Shown: positions 1 to 10,647, counted from the first letter of the stretch. The stretch: 64,000 nt of DNA from Ruminococcus sp. (GCA_017457155.1 JAFTHZ010000004.1:7798-71797); one strand, 5' to 3'. Numbers and translations: made by a program. Notes: generated by a model not told the origin, from the letters alone.

Positions 1-332
1 ATATTCCTGCGGCAGTTGTATTTATTTCTCTGGGGCTTTTGTTCGGATCAGTCCTCAACGAGAAAGCTGTCGGAGGTGTGTGCGGAGCCTTGCTCACCAA
101 TCTTTCTGCGTGGTTTTCCGATATCTGGTTTGACACAGCGCTTGTGGGCGGATGGTTCGAGAAAATCGCAAATATATTACCTTTTTCTCATGCTGTTTCT
201 GCGGTACGATATGCAGTGTCGGGGGATTTCTCGCAGATTATGTCCCATCTGTGGATAGTTATGGTATATGCAGTTGTACTGCTTGCGCTGTCCGTTGGGA
301 TTTTCTATCTGAAAACAAGAGACAACAGCTGA
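1..332 (+). CDS. ABC-2 type transporter permease, C-terminal part (5' truncated by window edge)
   Basis: Frame open from base 3 to the stop at 332; hydrophobic helices and a LPFSHAVSAVR motif typical of ABC-2 permease C-termini. Confidence 0.7.
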   Translation, partial: IPAAVVFISLGLLFGSVLNEKAVGGVCGALLTNLSAWFSDIWFDTALVGGWFEKIANILPFSHAVSAVRYAVSGDFSQIMSHLWIVMVYAVVLLALSVGIFYLKTRDNS

Positions 333-343
333 TTTGATGTGTT

Positions 344-376
344 AACCTGTGGCCTTTTCGGGCCACAGGTTTTTTG
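344..376 (+). terminator. Rho-independent terminator
   Basis: AACCTGTGGCC-ttttcg-GGCCACAGGTT hairpin followed by a T-run. Confidence 0.85.
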
Positions 377-455
377 TTTTTTCGGGGGATAGACAGCAGG
401 GTGTGAGAATTCATCAATTAAGGTAAATGTGAGGAGGGTTTTGAGTAAATATTTG

Positions 456-484
456 TTTACACAAGGAATGATTTGTGTTAATAT
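456..484 (+). promoter_or_regulatory. Putative SigA promoter of cluster A
   Basis: TTTACA-17 nt-TAATAT with an extended -10 TG, in an AT-rich intergenic region. Confidence 0.4.
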
Positions 485-603
485 ATCATAGGGTATTAGT
501 GTCTTTATATAAGTATTATTTTATTAGATACCCTGATAGTGAATTATCAAAGCACAGAAACATAAAAAACCGCTTATAATACAGATCTACAACAAAGCTT
601 AAC

Positions 604-3258
604 ATGGAGAGAGTTATGACAAACACAGAGAAGAGAGTATACGAAATAAAGCAGCCCTCATCAGACGGAAAAAGAAAGGTGTATCCCATAGTGAAAAGAT
701 GCCTGGATGTTTTCTTTTCGGGATTATTGACCCTTGTTCTGTTTCCTGTTTTTGTGATTATTGCTTTGCTTATTTCCTGCACAAGCAAGGGATCCCCATT
801 TTTCGTTCAGCAGAGAGTGGGCAAGGATAAAAAGCTGTTCCCGATAATTAAGTTCCGCACTATGTACAAAGATACGGACAGGGATGTTCCTACTCATCTT
901 CTGGACGACCCAGCTCGTTTCCTCACTCCTGTAGGCAAGGTGCTCAGAAAGCTGAGTCTTGACGAGCTGCCTCAGCTGCTTAACATTTTTGCAGGTCAGA
1001 TGTCCTTCATCGGTCCCCGTCCTGCGCTCTGGAATCAGGACGACCTGGTGGCTCTGCGCGACAAGTGGAACGCAAACTCCGTTCGTCCCGGCCTGTCGGG
1101 TTGGGCACAGGTCAACGGCAGAGATGAACTGGCGCTTCCTGTCAAGGCAAGGTTCGACGGAGAGTATGTAGAAAATATGAGCTTTGGCTTTGACTTTATG
1201 TGCCTTGTGAGGACCTTCACCTCTGTTCTCTCTGCCAAGGGAGTCAAGGAGGGTGGCACAGGCTCCGACAAAAACACTCCCAAAAAAATCTGTATGGTGA
1301 CTACCATCTCAAAAGCCTTCCAGTGGTTTGTGTCCGACTCAGCAAAGAACTTCTCTGAGAAGGGATTTGACGTAACCGTTATGTGCGGAGAGATGGACGA
1401 AGAATTCATCAGAAAGCACGAGAAGTTTGCAAAATGCAGACCTCTGTCTATAAAGAGAGGCACAGACATAAAATCAATCACTGCCACTATCAGGGAGATG
1501 AAACAGATCTTCAAGGAAGAGCAGTTCGATATTATTCAGTATTCAACTCCCAATGCAGCACTCTGTTGTACGCTGGCAGGTGGGTTCAGAAAGATTCCCA
1601 TCCGTGTTTACGGCCAGTGGGGAGTGCGCTACGTTGGATTCAAGGGGCTGAAGCGATTTGTTTTCAAGCTGATTGAGAAGTTCACCTGCTCGGGTGCTAC
1701 TCACATCTGTTCCACAAGTCCAAAAAATATGGCTTTTGCTATCTCCGAGAAGCTGTGCAGAAAGAACAAGATTTCTGTTATCGGCAAGGGCGGCACCATC
1801 GGAGTTGATTTCTCTGTGTATGATATAACAAAAAAAGCAGAGAACAGAGAGAAAATAAGATCCAGATACAAAATTGATGACAGCACCTTTGTGTTCAGCT
1901 ATATCGGCCGACTCAATGCAGACAAAGGTGTAGGAGAGCTCCTCAGCGCATACAGAGCCCTTCTTGCGGAGTATCCCGACACAAGGCTGTTCCTTGTGGG
2001 AATGGACGACAGCACAAATCCCCCTGACCCCGAGCTCCTTCAGTGGGCGAGAGGATGCGATAAGGTTATCTTCACAGGTGGAGTTGCTCCCGAGCTTGTG
2101 CCCGAGTATATGGCTGCTACGGATATTCTGGTCCATCCTACATACAGAGAAGGTTTTTCTATGGTGCTTCAGGAGGCAATGGCAATGGCGCTTCCCATAA
2201 TCACCACCGATGTACCCGGACCCAGTGAGGTTATCCTCAATGGTGAGACGGGAATCCTTGTTCAGGACCACAGCGACAAGGCTCTCTATGATGAGATGAA
2301 GGCTCTGATGAGCGATCCTGTTCGTCGGGAGCGCTATGCATCAAATGGCAGAAGAAGAGTCGAGCTTTTCTTTGCACGTCCTGTTATGCTCCAGAATATA
2401 TACACTCACTATTGCAGGCTGCTGGGTGTTGAGAACCAGCACATTAAGCTGATGTACCTTACCTCTAATCCTGAGGCGGCGGTTCAGGCAGAGAACGCAG
2501 GCGCAGACAGAATCTTCCTCGACCTGGAGATTATGGGCAAGGAAGAACGTCAGGGTCATCTGGATACAGTTGTGTCCCACTCAAGCATTGAGGATGTGGC
2601 AAAGCTTCGGGCGGCTGTGCATAAAGCAGAGCTTCTTGTCAGATGTAATCCTGTCCATCCCGCGCTTGGCAAAGAGATTGACCGCATGATCCGCGATGGT
2701 GCTGATATTATAATGCTGCCATACTTCAAGACTGTCGAGGAGGTTCAGACCTTCCTGGAGCTTGTGGGAGGCAGAGTCCGCACGGTTCTGCTTTTTGAGA
2801 CAGCAGAGTCTGTGGAGCTTGTGGATAAGATACTTGAACTTCCTGATATTGACGAGGTCTATATCGGTCTCAACGACCTGCATCTGAGCTACGGTATGAC
2901 CTTTATGTTTGAGCTTCTGGCAGACGGAACCGTTGAGAGACTGTGCGATAAGTTCAGAAAGCGCGGTATACCCTACGGATTCGGCGGAATTGCAAAGATC
3001 GGAGAAGGTCTGCTCAAGAGCGACGATGTTATCGGTGAGCACAAGCGTCTGGGTTCCACCTGCGCAATACTCTCCAGAACCTTCCGCAACGAGGTGGACC
3101 AGAGCCGTCCCATAGACGACTTCAGAGGAGAACTGATTCTTCTGCGTCGCAGAGAGAATCAGGTTTCCCAGTGGACAGAAGAGCAGTTTGAAGAGAACAG
3201 ACTGCGCGTATGCTCAGCGGTGAAGAGTATCGTTGATATGAAGAAAGTAGCGAGGTAA
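604..3258 (+). CDS. Trifunctional fusion: priming phosphoglycosyltransferase (CapM-like) + GT4 glycosyltransferase + HpcH/HpaI aldolase/citrate-lyase-family domain
   Basis: N-term KFRTM..SLDELPQLLNI..GPRPALWNQ..PGLSGWAQVNGRD (sugar transferase); middle YIGRLNADKG..HPTYREGFSMVLQEAMA (GT4); C-term KLMYLT..GADRIFLDLE..LLFET..YIGLNDLHLS (aldolase TIM barrel); one uninterrupted frame; start may be ATG 616. Confidence 0.85.
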   Translation: MERVMTNTEKRVYEIKQPSSDGKRKVYPIVKRCLDVFFSGLLTLVLFPVFVIIALLISCTSKGSPFFVQQRVGKDKKLFPIIKFRTMYKDTDRDVPTHLLDDPARFLTPVGKVLRKLSLDELPQLLNIFAGQMSFIGPRPALWNQDDLVALRDKWNANSVRPGLSGWAQVNGRDELALPVKARFDGEYVENMSFGFDFMCLVRTFTSVLSAKGVKEGGTGSDKNTPKKICMVTTISKAFQWFVSDSAKNFSEKGFDVTVMCGEMDEEFIRKHEKFAKCRPLSIKRGTDIKSITATIREMKQIFKEEQFDIIQYSTPNAALCCTLAGGFRKIPIRVYGQWGVRYVGFKGLKRFVFKLIEKFTCSGATHICSTSPKNMAFAISEKLCRKNKISVIGKGGTIGVDFSVYDITKKAENREKIRSRYKIDDSTFVFSYIGRLNADKGVGELLSAYRALLAEYPDTRLFLVGMDDSTNPPDPELLQWARGCDKVIFTGGVAPELVPEYMAATDILVHPTYREGFSMVLQEAMAMALPIITTDVPGPSEVILNGETGILVQDHSDKALYDEMKALMSDPVRRERYASNGRRRVELFFARPVMLQNIYTHYCRLLGVENQHIKLMYLTSNPEAAVQAENAGADRIFLDLEIMGKEERQGHLDTVVSHSSIEDVAKLRAAVHKAELLVRCNPVHPALGKEIDRMIRDGADIIMLPYFKTVEEVQTFLELVGGRVRTVLLFETAESVELVDKILELPDIDEVYIGLNDLHLSYGMTFMFELLADGTVERLCDKFRKRGIPYGFGGIAKIGEGLLKSDDVIGEHKRLGSTCAILSRTFRNEVDQSRPIDDFRGELILLRRRENQVSQWTEEQFEENRLRVCSAVKSIVDMKKVAR

Positions 3259-3266
3259 ATCCCCTT

Positions 3267-4253
3267 ATGTTCTTTAGCATAATAATCCCTATGTACAACG
3301 TGGAGCGTTATGTAGGCAAGTGTCTCGAAAGTCTCCTGTCACAGAGTATGGAAGACTTTGAGATAATTGCTGTTGATGACGGCTCAACAGACAATACCCT
3401 GCAGACAGTGAAGGACACCGCTCAGGGAGACACCAGAGTCAAGGTTTTCAGCAAGGAGAACGGCGGCCAGTCTACTGCCCGCAACTACGGTCTGAGACAA
3501 AGCAGCGGTGACTATGTAATATTTATCGACAGCGATGATTTTGTGCTGTATGAGGATTTTCTGGCAACAATCCGCACAGAGATCGAGAAGACCCGTGCAG
3601 ATGTGGTTATGTACAGATATCATAAGTACTTTGAGAATCGCTCTCCTCAGCTTGAGAAATGCGGTTACTCCTTTGCTGCTGTCCAGTCGGTGACAGATGT
3701 GGCACAGCTGATTCCTGTACTTGCGGCAGAGGATGCCTACTACGGGTCTGCATGGACAAAGGCTGTGCGCCGCAGTCTGCTGATTGATAATAACATTGAA
3801 TTTGACGAGAACCTCCGCTGTGAGGATATTGACTGGAGCTATCGGATAATTGAGAAAGCACAGAAGATATCCTGCGTTGACAGAGAGTTCCTTGCATACA
3901 GACAGAGGGAGGGCTCTGTGACTCATCAGGGGTCTCTGAGAAATGCCGAAGACTTTCTCAGTACGGTGGAGATATACAAGCGCAGGTACGAGTCCCCTGA
4001 CCTTCCCCTTGACAAGGAGCTTGTGGAGGGACTTCTTGCTACCCTGGCAAAATACTACTCCAATCTGCTCATAAACTACGGCAGAATCAAGGGCAAGGAC
4101 AGAAAGAAACTCAGAAAGCGTCTCAAGTCGCTTTCGCCCTTGCTGGAGTATTCATCCAGCTCAAGACCCAGGACGGTCCGCAAATTTTATCGGTTGTTCG
4201 GATTCAACCTGACAGTGATAGCAATAGGCTTGTTGGATAAGATAAGAGGCTGA
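3267..4253 (+). CDS. GT2 glycosyltransferase
   Basis: SIIIPMYNVE, VDDGSTD, NGGQSTARN, FIDSDD motifs. Confidence 0.92.
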   Translation: MFFSIIIPMYNVERYVGKCLESLLSQSMEDFEIIAVDDGSTDNTLQTVKDTAQGDTRVKVFSKENGGQSTARNYGLRQSSGDYVIFIDSDDFVLYEDFLATIRTEIEKTRADVVMYRYHKYFENRSPQLEKCGYSFAAVQSVTDVAQLIPVLAAEDAYYGSAWTKAVRRSLLIDNNIEFDENLRCEDIDWSYRIIEKAQKISCVDREFLAYRQREGSVTHQGSLRNAEDFLSTVEIYKRRYESPDLPLDKELVEGLLATLAKYYSNLLINYGRIKGKDRKKLRKRLKSLSPLLEYSSSSRPRTVRKFYRLFGFNLTVIAIGLLDKIRG

Positions 4254-4276
4254 CAGGCGATTTTTTGGAGATATAT

Positions 4277-5581
4277 ATGGACAGACTTCCAAGGGTATTG
4301 ATACCCTCAATCAACGTCTGGCAGGACACAGGCTCTGTCCGTACCCTGCCCGAGATATTTTCCTGTTGGGACAAGGACAAGGTTGCACAGATATATACTA
4401 AAGCAGGCTTGCCCGACACCTGCGTGTGCGACAGGTTCTTCCGCATTAATGAGAATGCCGTTATTAAGAGCATCTTCAAGAGGAAGATACAGACCTCCTC
4501 TGTGGTGTACAACACCCACGATACATACAGCGAGGCTGAACAGCAGGAGATAGACTCACAAAAGAAAAGATACAGCTCCGCATCCAAAAAGCAGAGCTGG
4601 CTCATGAGCTTGTGTCGGGAGCTGGTGTGGCTTGTGGGAAAATGGAAGACCCCCGAGCTTGATCGTTTTGTGGATGAGTTTGACCCCGAGATACTGTTTG
4701 TTCCCGTATACCCTGTGGTGTACATGTCCAGACTCCAGCTGCATATTATCAAGCGCACAAAGAAGCCTGTGGTGTGCTATCTGTCAGATGACAACTATTC
4801 CTACAAGGCCTGTGGAAAGAACCCTTTGGCATATATCCATCGGTTCTGGCTGCGCAGGGGTGTACGGAAGATTATGAGGCACTGTGATCAACTCTTTGTT
4901 ATTGCTCCCAAGCAGAAGGAGGAGTATGACAGGATCTTCGGCACAAACAGTGAGCTTCTGACCCGCTCCATAGATTACAGCAAGACTAACTGTGACGAGC
5001 ATGAGGTGCACACACCTTTGCAGATGATATATACCGGAAAACTGGGAATCGGAAGAGACATCACCATAGCCCGCGTGGCGCAGGCGGTGGAGGCTATTAA
5101 CTCTCAGGGTGAGCGTATCCGATTCAGCGTGTACTCGGGAGACACTCCCGGTAATGAGCTTATGAATCAGCTGAGCAGGGGAGGAAACCAATTCTGCGGA
5201 AGCGTCACCTCTGACAAGATAGAGAAGCTCCAGAGAGAGTCTGATATAACTCTCTTTGCAGAGTCACTGGATAAGAAATACCGCAACGCTGCCAGACTAT
5301 CTTTTTCCACAAAGCTCACCGACTATTTCAGTAGCGGTCGCTGTGTGTTTGCTGTGGGCAGCGAGGACATCGCCCCTATGGACTATCTTATCCGAGAGGA
5401 TGCAGCGATTACGGTGACGGATTACGCGCAGATCGAGGGGAAACTCAGACAGCTGTGCGACAATCCCGAGATAGTTAAAGAATACGGCAAAAAAGCCTTT
5501 GAGTGCGGCAAGCGCAATCATAACAAAGAACAGGTCCTGAGTAACTTCAAAGAAGTTATGCTTCAGCTTGTGAAGGACTGA
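4277..5581 (+). CDS. Putative GT-B fold glycosyltransferase
   Basis: YTGKLG and SFSTKLTDYF motifs of divergent GT4-like enzymes; operon context; GGAG RBS before ATG 4277. Confidence 0.7.
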   Translation: MDRLPRVLIPSINVWQDTGSVRTLPEIFSCWDKDKVAQIYTKAGLPDTCVCDRFFRINENAVIKSIFKRKIQTSSVVYNTHDTYSEAEQQEIDSQKKRYSSASKKQSWLMSLCRELVWLVGKWKTPELDRFVDEFDPEILFVPVYPVVYMSRLQLHIIKRTKKPVVCYLSDDNYSYKACGKNPLAYIHRFWLRRGVRKIMRHCDQLFVIAPKQKEEYDRIFGTNSELLTRSIDYSKTNCDEHEVHTPLQMIYTGKLGIGRDITIARVAQAVEAINSQGERIRFSVYSGDTPGNELMNQLSRGGNQFCGSVTSDKIEKLQRESDITLFAESLDKKYRNAARLSFSTKLTDYFSSGRCVFAVGSEDIAPMDYLIREDAAITVTDYAQIEGKLRQLCDNPEIVKEYGKKAFECGKRNHNKEQVLSNFKEVMLQLVKD

Positions 5582-5613
5582 TAAACCCAATTGATGAAAG
5601 GAGGAGAGAAGCT

Positions 5614-6801
5614 ATGAAGGTTCTGCAGATAAACTCTGTATACGGAGTTAAGAGTACAGGCAGAATAGCCTACGACCTGGTTCAGCTTCAGGAGAAAAAC
5701 AATATGGAAGCTTTTGTTGTCTCAGGTGAGGGTAGCTTTGATTCTCCCAATGTGTACGTGATGAGCGGAAAGCTGTACCAGAAGTTAAACATACTTCTCA
5801 CGCGACTTTTCGGCAGACACGGTTTTTACAACAAGTTTGCTACCAGAAGGCTTATCAGATATATGGACAAGGTGTCCCCTGATGTGATACATCTGCATAA
5901 TATCCACGGACACTATATCAACATAAAGCTTCTGTTTGAATATATACAGAGGAAGAATATCCCTGTGGTATGGACCCTGCACGATTGTTGGGCGTTTACA
6001 GGTCATTGTCCTCACTTTGATTATGTGGGGTGTGAAAGATGGCGGGAGGGCTGCGGCAACTGCCCCCAGCAGAAGGGCTATCCCATCTCCTTGTTCTTTG
6101 ACCGCTCCAAAAGGAACTTTGCAGACAAAAAGCAACTCTTCACAGGGGTAGAGAAGATGCATATTGTGACTCCCTCAAGGTGGTTGGCAGAGCTGGCCGA
6201 GCAGTCCTTCCTGGGCAAATATCCTGTGAGCGTTGTCAACAATGGTATCGATACAGATGTGTTCTCTCCTTCTGTGTCCGATATGAGAGAAAGACTAGGG
6301 CTTTCTGACAAGTTTGTCATACTGGGAATTGTCAGCAACCTGAACAGTACCAAGGGTGGACAATATTTTCTCAAAATGTCAGAAAAACTCAGGGAGGATG
6401 AGCAGATCGTTCTGCTCTCTCTGGAAGAGACAGAGAATCTTCCGAAGAATATCACAGCACTCCCTCGTACTGAGAGTGCACATGAGCTGGCACAGATTTA
6501 CTCTATGGCAGACGTTTTTGTGAATCCTACTCTTCAGGATACTTTTTCTATGATAAACCTGGAGGCTTTGTCCTGCGGACTTCCTGTTGTTACCTTCAGA
6601 ACCGGCGGCTGCTGTGAAGCGGTGACGGAGGAGTGCGGAGTGCTGGTAGAAAAGGGAGATGAAAATGCCCTGTACGAGGCTGTCTCCAGAGTCAGACAAG
6701 GAGAGTTTTCGTCATCTATCTCTCGTCAAAGGGGACTTGAGTTTGACAGGGAGATATGCTTCAGCAAGTATATTGATATATACAAAGATATCGTAAAATG
6801 A
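5614..6801 (+). CDS. GT4 glycosyltransferase (WcaC-like)
   Basis: IHLHNIHG, WTLHDCWAFTGHC, NPTLQDTFSMINLEALSCG. Confidence 0.9.
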   Translation: MKVLQINSVYGVKSTGRIAYDLVQLQEKNNMEAFVVSGEGSFDSPNVYVMSGKLYQKLNILLTRLFGRHGFYNKFATRRLIRYMDKVSPDVIHLHNIHGHYINIKLLFEYIQRKNIPVVWTLHDCWAFTGHCPHFDYVGCERWREGCGNCPQQKGYPISLFFDRSKRNFADKKQLFTGVEKMHIVTPSRWLAELAEQSFLGKYPVSVVNNGIDTDVFSPSVSDMRERLGLSDKFVILGIVSNLNSTKGGQYFLKMSEKLREDEQIVLLSLEETENLPKNITALPRTESAHELAQIYSMADVFVNPTLQDTFSMINLEALSCGLPVVTFRTGGCCEAVTEECGVLVEKGDENALYEAVSRVRQGEFSSSISRQRGLEFDREICFSKYIDIYKDIVK

Positions 6802-6819
6802 TTTTTTTGGGAGAAACGG

Positions 6820-7896
6820 ATGTTAGTTTGGGTTCTTATGCTCTTCGGCATCATACTGGTCAGGTTCCTGATTCCTGACAGTATCGGAGAGAAAAAGAAA
6901 AACTTAATATTCCTGAGCATAAGCTTTTGCATCGTGGTGTTTGTTATGGGCAGCAGAAGCCCGCATTTGCTGGGCAGTAATGACCTGATGAGCTACTTCA
7001 GATGCTATGGAAATTCCATGAACTACTCTCTTGCGCAAATGATGGAATTCTCTACACTGGAGACGGGATACCTGGTGCTCAACCAGATACTTGCATGGCT
7101 CGTACCCTGGAACTACTTTATCCTGTATTTTGAGGCGGCGTTCTGTACTTTTGTTATGTTCTGGTATATTTATCGCAATGCCAACAGTGTGTTCCTTGCG
7201 GTGATTGTATATCTGTGTCTTGGTCCTTGGCAGTTCTTCCTGACAGGATTCAGGCAGACTATCGCTATATGTATCTGTTTTATTGCCTTTGAGTTTATGA
7301 AGAAGCATAAGACCCTGTGGGATCTGGGCGCCTTGGTGCTGATTGCTCTTGCAGCAGCTATCCACACGACCGCATGGATATTCTTGCTTACCTTCCTCAT
7401 CAGAAAGGTAAAGATCACCAAAAAGGTTATTATCTATTCTGTCATGCTGACTCTGCTGATGCTTGTTTTCATCGACGAGATCGTAGATTACGGAAATCAG
7501 GTTCTGGAGAAGAACTACGTAATGGCATATCACGGCAACGAGTTCGGAGGACTTATCCCGATTCTCATTTATGTGGCGGCCCTCATTCTGTGTTATCTCA
7601 TCTGGGGATGGAACCATGCCTATGTGGAAGAGAACGCCTTTGAGATTGCCATGCTGCTGTTTGGTCTTTGTGTGTATCTGACGAGATACACATCCCTGAT
7701 TATGGAGCGCATAAGCTTCTATTTTACACCTGTAATTACTATCGTGCTGTCAAATGCTATTACCCGCCAGAGGACAAACACGGTGCGCAATATTATTTAT
7801 GTAATCTGTATTGTACTGTGTATACTGCTGTATCTTTACAGAGCAGATGTGCAGTATGGTGAATACCATTTTTACTGGGAGTATATGGGAGGATAA
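6820..7896 (+). CDS. EpsG-family polysaccharide polymerase (Wzy)
   Basis: About 10 TM segments; ETGY, RQTIAI and IHTTA motifs typical of the EpsG family. Confidence 0.82.
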   Translation: MLVWVLMLFGIILVRFLIPDSIGEKKKNLIFLSISFCIVVFVMGSRSPHLLGSNDLMSYFRCYGNSMNYSLAQMMEFSTLETGYLVLNQILAWLVPWNYFILYFEAAFCTFVMFWYIYRNANSVFLAVIVYLCLGPWQFFLTGFRQTIAICICFIAFEFMKKHKTLWDLGALVLIALAAAIHTTAWIFLLTFLIRKVKITKKVIIYSVMLTLLMLVFIDEIVDYGNQVLEKNYVMAYHGNEFGGLIPILIYVAALILCYLIWGWNHAYVEENAFEIAMLLFGLCVYLTRYTSLIMERISFYFTPVITIVLSNAITRQRTNTVRNIIYVICIVLCILLYLYRADVQYGEYHFYWEYMGG

Positions 7897-7902
7897 GGAA
7901 AA

Positions 7903-9054
7903 ATGAAAGTAACTTTTATTTCCTGTTATCTCAATCACCACCAGACCGACCTTTGTCTGGAGCTTCAGAAGTGTTGTGACGAGTTTTACTTTGTTGCCAC
8001 AGACCCTATGCCTGAGTATCGGGCACAGCTTGGATATGATGAGGACACTGACAGCAAGCACGACTTCATTGTGAAGGCCTACAATGGCGAGAACGAGGAT
8101 GTGGTCAGACAGCTTCTGACAGACAGCGACGTAGTGATATTCGGTTCCTGTCCCGATGAGTATATAGACTACAGAGCGGGACTGGGAAAGTTGTCATTTA
8201 TATATACAGAGCGTTTCTTCAAGAAAGGAACCTGGCGCAGGTTTATTCCTCGCACACGCAAGAAGGTTGTCAACAGAGTCATCAGGTACTCAGATTTCCC
8301 TGTGTATATTCTGTGTGCAGGTGCTTTTGTGGCATATGACCTGAAGTTGTGCGGATTCGATACAGACAAGTGCTTTCGCTGGGGATATTTCCCTCAGGTT
8401 AATCACTATACCCACCGTCCCAAGCGGGATAACAAGCCTGTGAAACTTTTGTGGGCAGGCAGAATGCTCGATTGGAAGCACCCTTGCGAGGCGCTGTATG
8501 CCGCAAAGGAACTTGCAAAGGCGGGGGTTGACTTTGTTCTGGATATTATCGGCACAGGGGAGGAAGAGCAAAAGCTCAAAGAGCTTGCCCGTAAGCTGAA
8601 TCTAAGCGACAAGGTGAACTTCACCGGAGCTATGTCTCCTGATGAGGTTAAGGCGCATATGGAAAATGCCGATGTTTTTCTGATGACCAGCGACTGTTAC
8701 GAAGGTTGGGGTGCAGTTGTCAATGAGGCCATGAGCACTGGTTGCTGTGTTCTTGCCAGCAGTGTTGCAGGCTGTGTGCCCTACCTGATAGATGACGGAA
8801 AAAGCGGTGTCATTTACCAATACGGCAACAGAAAAGATATGGTACAAAAGCTCCTTCTGCTTGTAAAGGACAAGAAGCTGAGAGATGAAATCGGCCTTGC
8901 TGCCATGAGGACAGTACAGGACGAGTACAGCGCACAGACAGCCGCCCGAAGGCTGACAGAGTTCGTAAACTCAGAGGACAAAACAAAGGTTCTGTATGAA
9001 TCGGGACCTATGTCCAAAGCAGAGGTTGTAAAGAATAATTGGTACAAGGCCTGA
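7903..9054 (+). CDS. GT4 glycosyltransferase
   Basis: WAGRMLDWKHP, EGWGAVVNEAMSTG. Confidence 0.9.
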   Translation: MKVTFISCYLNHHQTDLCLELQKCCDEFYFVATDPMPEYRAQLGYDEDTDSKHDFIVKAYNGENEDVVRQLLTDSDVVIFGSCPDEYIDYRAGLGKLSFIYTERFFKKGTWRRFIPRTRKKVVNRVIRYSDFPVYILCAGAFVAYDLKLCGFDTDKCFRWGYFPQVNHYTHRPKRDNKPVKLLWAGRMLDWKHPCEALYAAKELAKAGVDFVLDIIGTGEEEQKLKELARKLNLSDKVNFTGAMSPDEVKAHMENADVFLMTSDCYEGWGAVVNEAMSTGCCVLASSVAGCVPYLIDDGKSGVIYQYGNRKDMVQKLLLLVKDKKLRDEIGLAAMRTVQDEYSAQTAARRLTEFVNSEDKTKVLYESGPMSKAEVVKNNWYKA

Positions 9055-9088
9055 GAGCAATCGGGCAGACCTTTTAGGTTTATTTGGA

Positions 9089-10615
9089 GTGAAGATGGAA
9101 AAATCACAACGTAAAATAGGAATGATACTGACCTATACAGGAACCTTGCTTCTTGTGGCAGTTAATATTTTTCTCACACCATTTCTGATCAAATCTCTGG
9201 GTGATGCAGAGTATGGTGTGTATCAGATGATGGCGTCTTTTGCAGGCTATCTGGTGCTGATGAATTTCGGCACGGGCACCGTCATGACCAGATATGTTTC
9301 CATGTATCTGGGCAAAGGAGACAAGAAGGGCGAGCGCAACTTTATCGCTATGGGTCTCATCATTACGGGAGTACTGCTGGCGGCGATTTTTGTTGTGTCC
9401 GTTGTGCTTTATATATTCATTGATGAGATATATGCCTCATCATTCACCCCTGCTCACCTTGTAAAGGCGAAGCAACTGTATATAATTATTGTTCTCAATC
9501 TTCTGGTCACTCTGGTGATTCAGGCTTTTCAGGGAATTATCAATGCCTATGAGAAGTTTCTGGTTTCCAATGTATGGAACCTTATCAAGATAGTTCTCAA
9601 GGCCGTTCTTATCGTAACCCTCTTTCAGTTCAAGGCGGATTCTCTGGTTATTGTTTCTGTCGACCTGTTTCTGTCGGTGTGCTTTATGCTCATCTGTATC
9701 GGCTACTCGGTCTTTGTGCTGAAGGCCACCCCAAAGCTGACCAAATTTGACAAAAGCGTATTCACCTCCACAGCAGTATTCTCTCTGGCTATTATGCTGC
9801 AGGCGGTGGTCAATCAGGTCAACACCCGAGTGGATACAACCATTCTGGGCATAATGATAAATCCCGAGAGCGTGACCATGTATTCCATAGCCATGCAGGT
9901 GTTCCAGATATTCTCGGCTATGTCAACGGCGGCAATCGCCCTCTATCTGCCTAAGTTTACCAAGATGGTGGCTGCAGGTGCCAACTCGGGGGACCAGCTG
10001 ACTAATGCCATGATCCCTCCCAGCCGTATCCAGACGGTGATCTCGGGAGCCATAATGTTTGGTTTCTTTGTGTGTGGCAGAGACTTCGTACAGGTGTGGA
10101 TGGGTTCAGGCTATGAGCAGGCATACATAATCGCTCTTATCGTTATGGTCCCTATGTTTCTTGTGTATACCAACGGAGTTGTGGAGTCGGTGCTGGATGC
10201 AATGCAGAAGCGACTGGTGAGGTCTGTGGTGCTTGTATGCAGTGCGGCGGCCAATATAGTAATCAGTATTGTCCTTGTGCATTATTTCGGTGCATTGGGT
10301 GCCCCCGTGGGTACGGCGCTGACTACTCTGATCGGATCTCTGATTATACTGAATCTGTATTATAAGAAGGCGCTGGGCATAGGGCTGAGGAAGCTGTTCT
10401 TCGGAATTTTCAGAGGGATTCTCCCTTCGCTGCTAATTGCAACCATTGTTACCTTGCCTGTGGCGGTGCTGATGCCTGTTGGGTTTGCAGGACTTCTGGC
10501 CAAGGGCGGATTATTCGTGGCGGTACTTGTTGCCTGTCTGCTGATCTTTGGCTTTAACAAGGATGAGAAGAATATGATTTTTGATATGCTCCGAAGAAAG
10601 AAGAAATCAAACTGA
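9089..10615 (+). CDS. Oligosaccharide flippase (Wzx, MOP family)
   Basis: About 12-14 TM segments; LTPFLIKSLGDAEYGVY, VDTTILG motifs; start may be ATG 9095. Confidence 0.88.
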   Translation: MKMEKSQRKIGMILTYTGTLLLVAVNIFLTPFLIKSLGDAEYGVYQMMASFAGYLVLMNFGTGTVMTRYVSMYLGKGDKKGERNFIAMGLIITGVLLAAIFVVSVVLYIFIDEIYASSFTPAHLVKAKQLYIIIVLNLLVTLVIQAFQGIINAYEKFLVSNVWNLIKIVLKAVLIVTLFQFKADSLVIVSVDLFLSVCFMLICIGYSVFVLKATPKLTKFDKSVFTSTAVFSLAIMLQAVVNQVNTRVDTTILGIMINPESVTMYSIAMQVFQIFSAMSTAAIALYLPKFTKMVAAGANSGDQLTNAMIPPSRIQTVISGAIMFGFFVCGRDFVQVWMGSGYEQAYIIALIVMVPMFLVYTNGVVESVLDAMQKRLVRSVVLVCSAAANIVISIVLVHYFGALGAPVGTALTTLIGSLIILNLYYKKALGIGLRKLFFGIFRGILPSLLIATIVTLPVAVLMPVGFAGLLAKGGLFVAVLVACLLIFGFNKDEKNMIFDMLRRKKKSN

Positions 10616-10647
10616 TTACAAATATATTGCACTAAAGGTGAATAGAT

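Noticed and set aside
484-538. Invertible promoter for cluster A (AGGGTAT...ATACCCT inverted repeat)
   Set aside because: The core repeat is only 7 bp, lies downstream of the predicted -10, and no recombinase is in the window; at most a leader hairpin.
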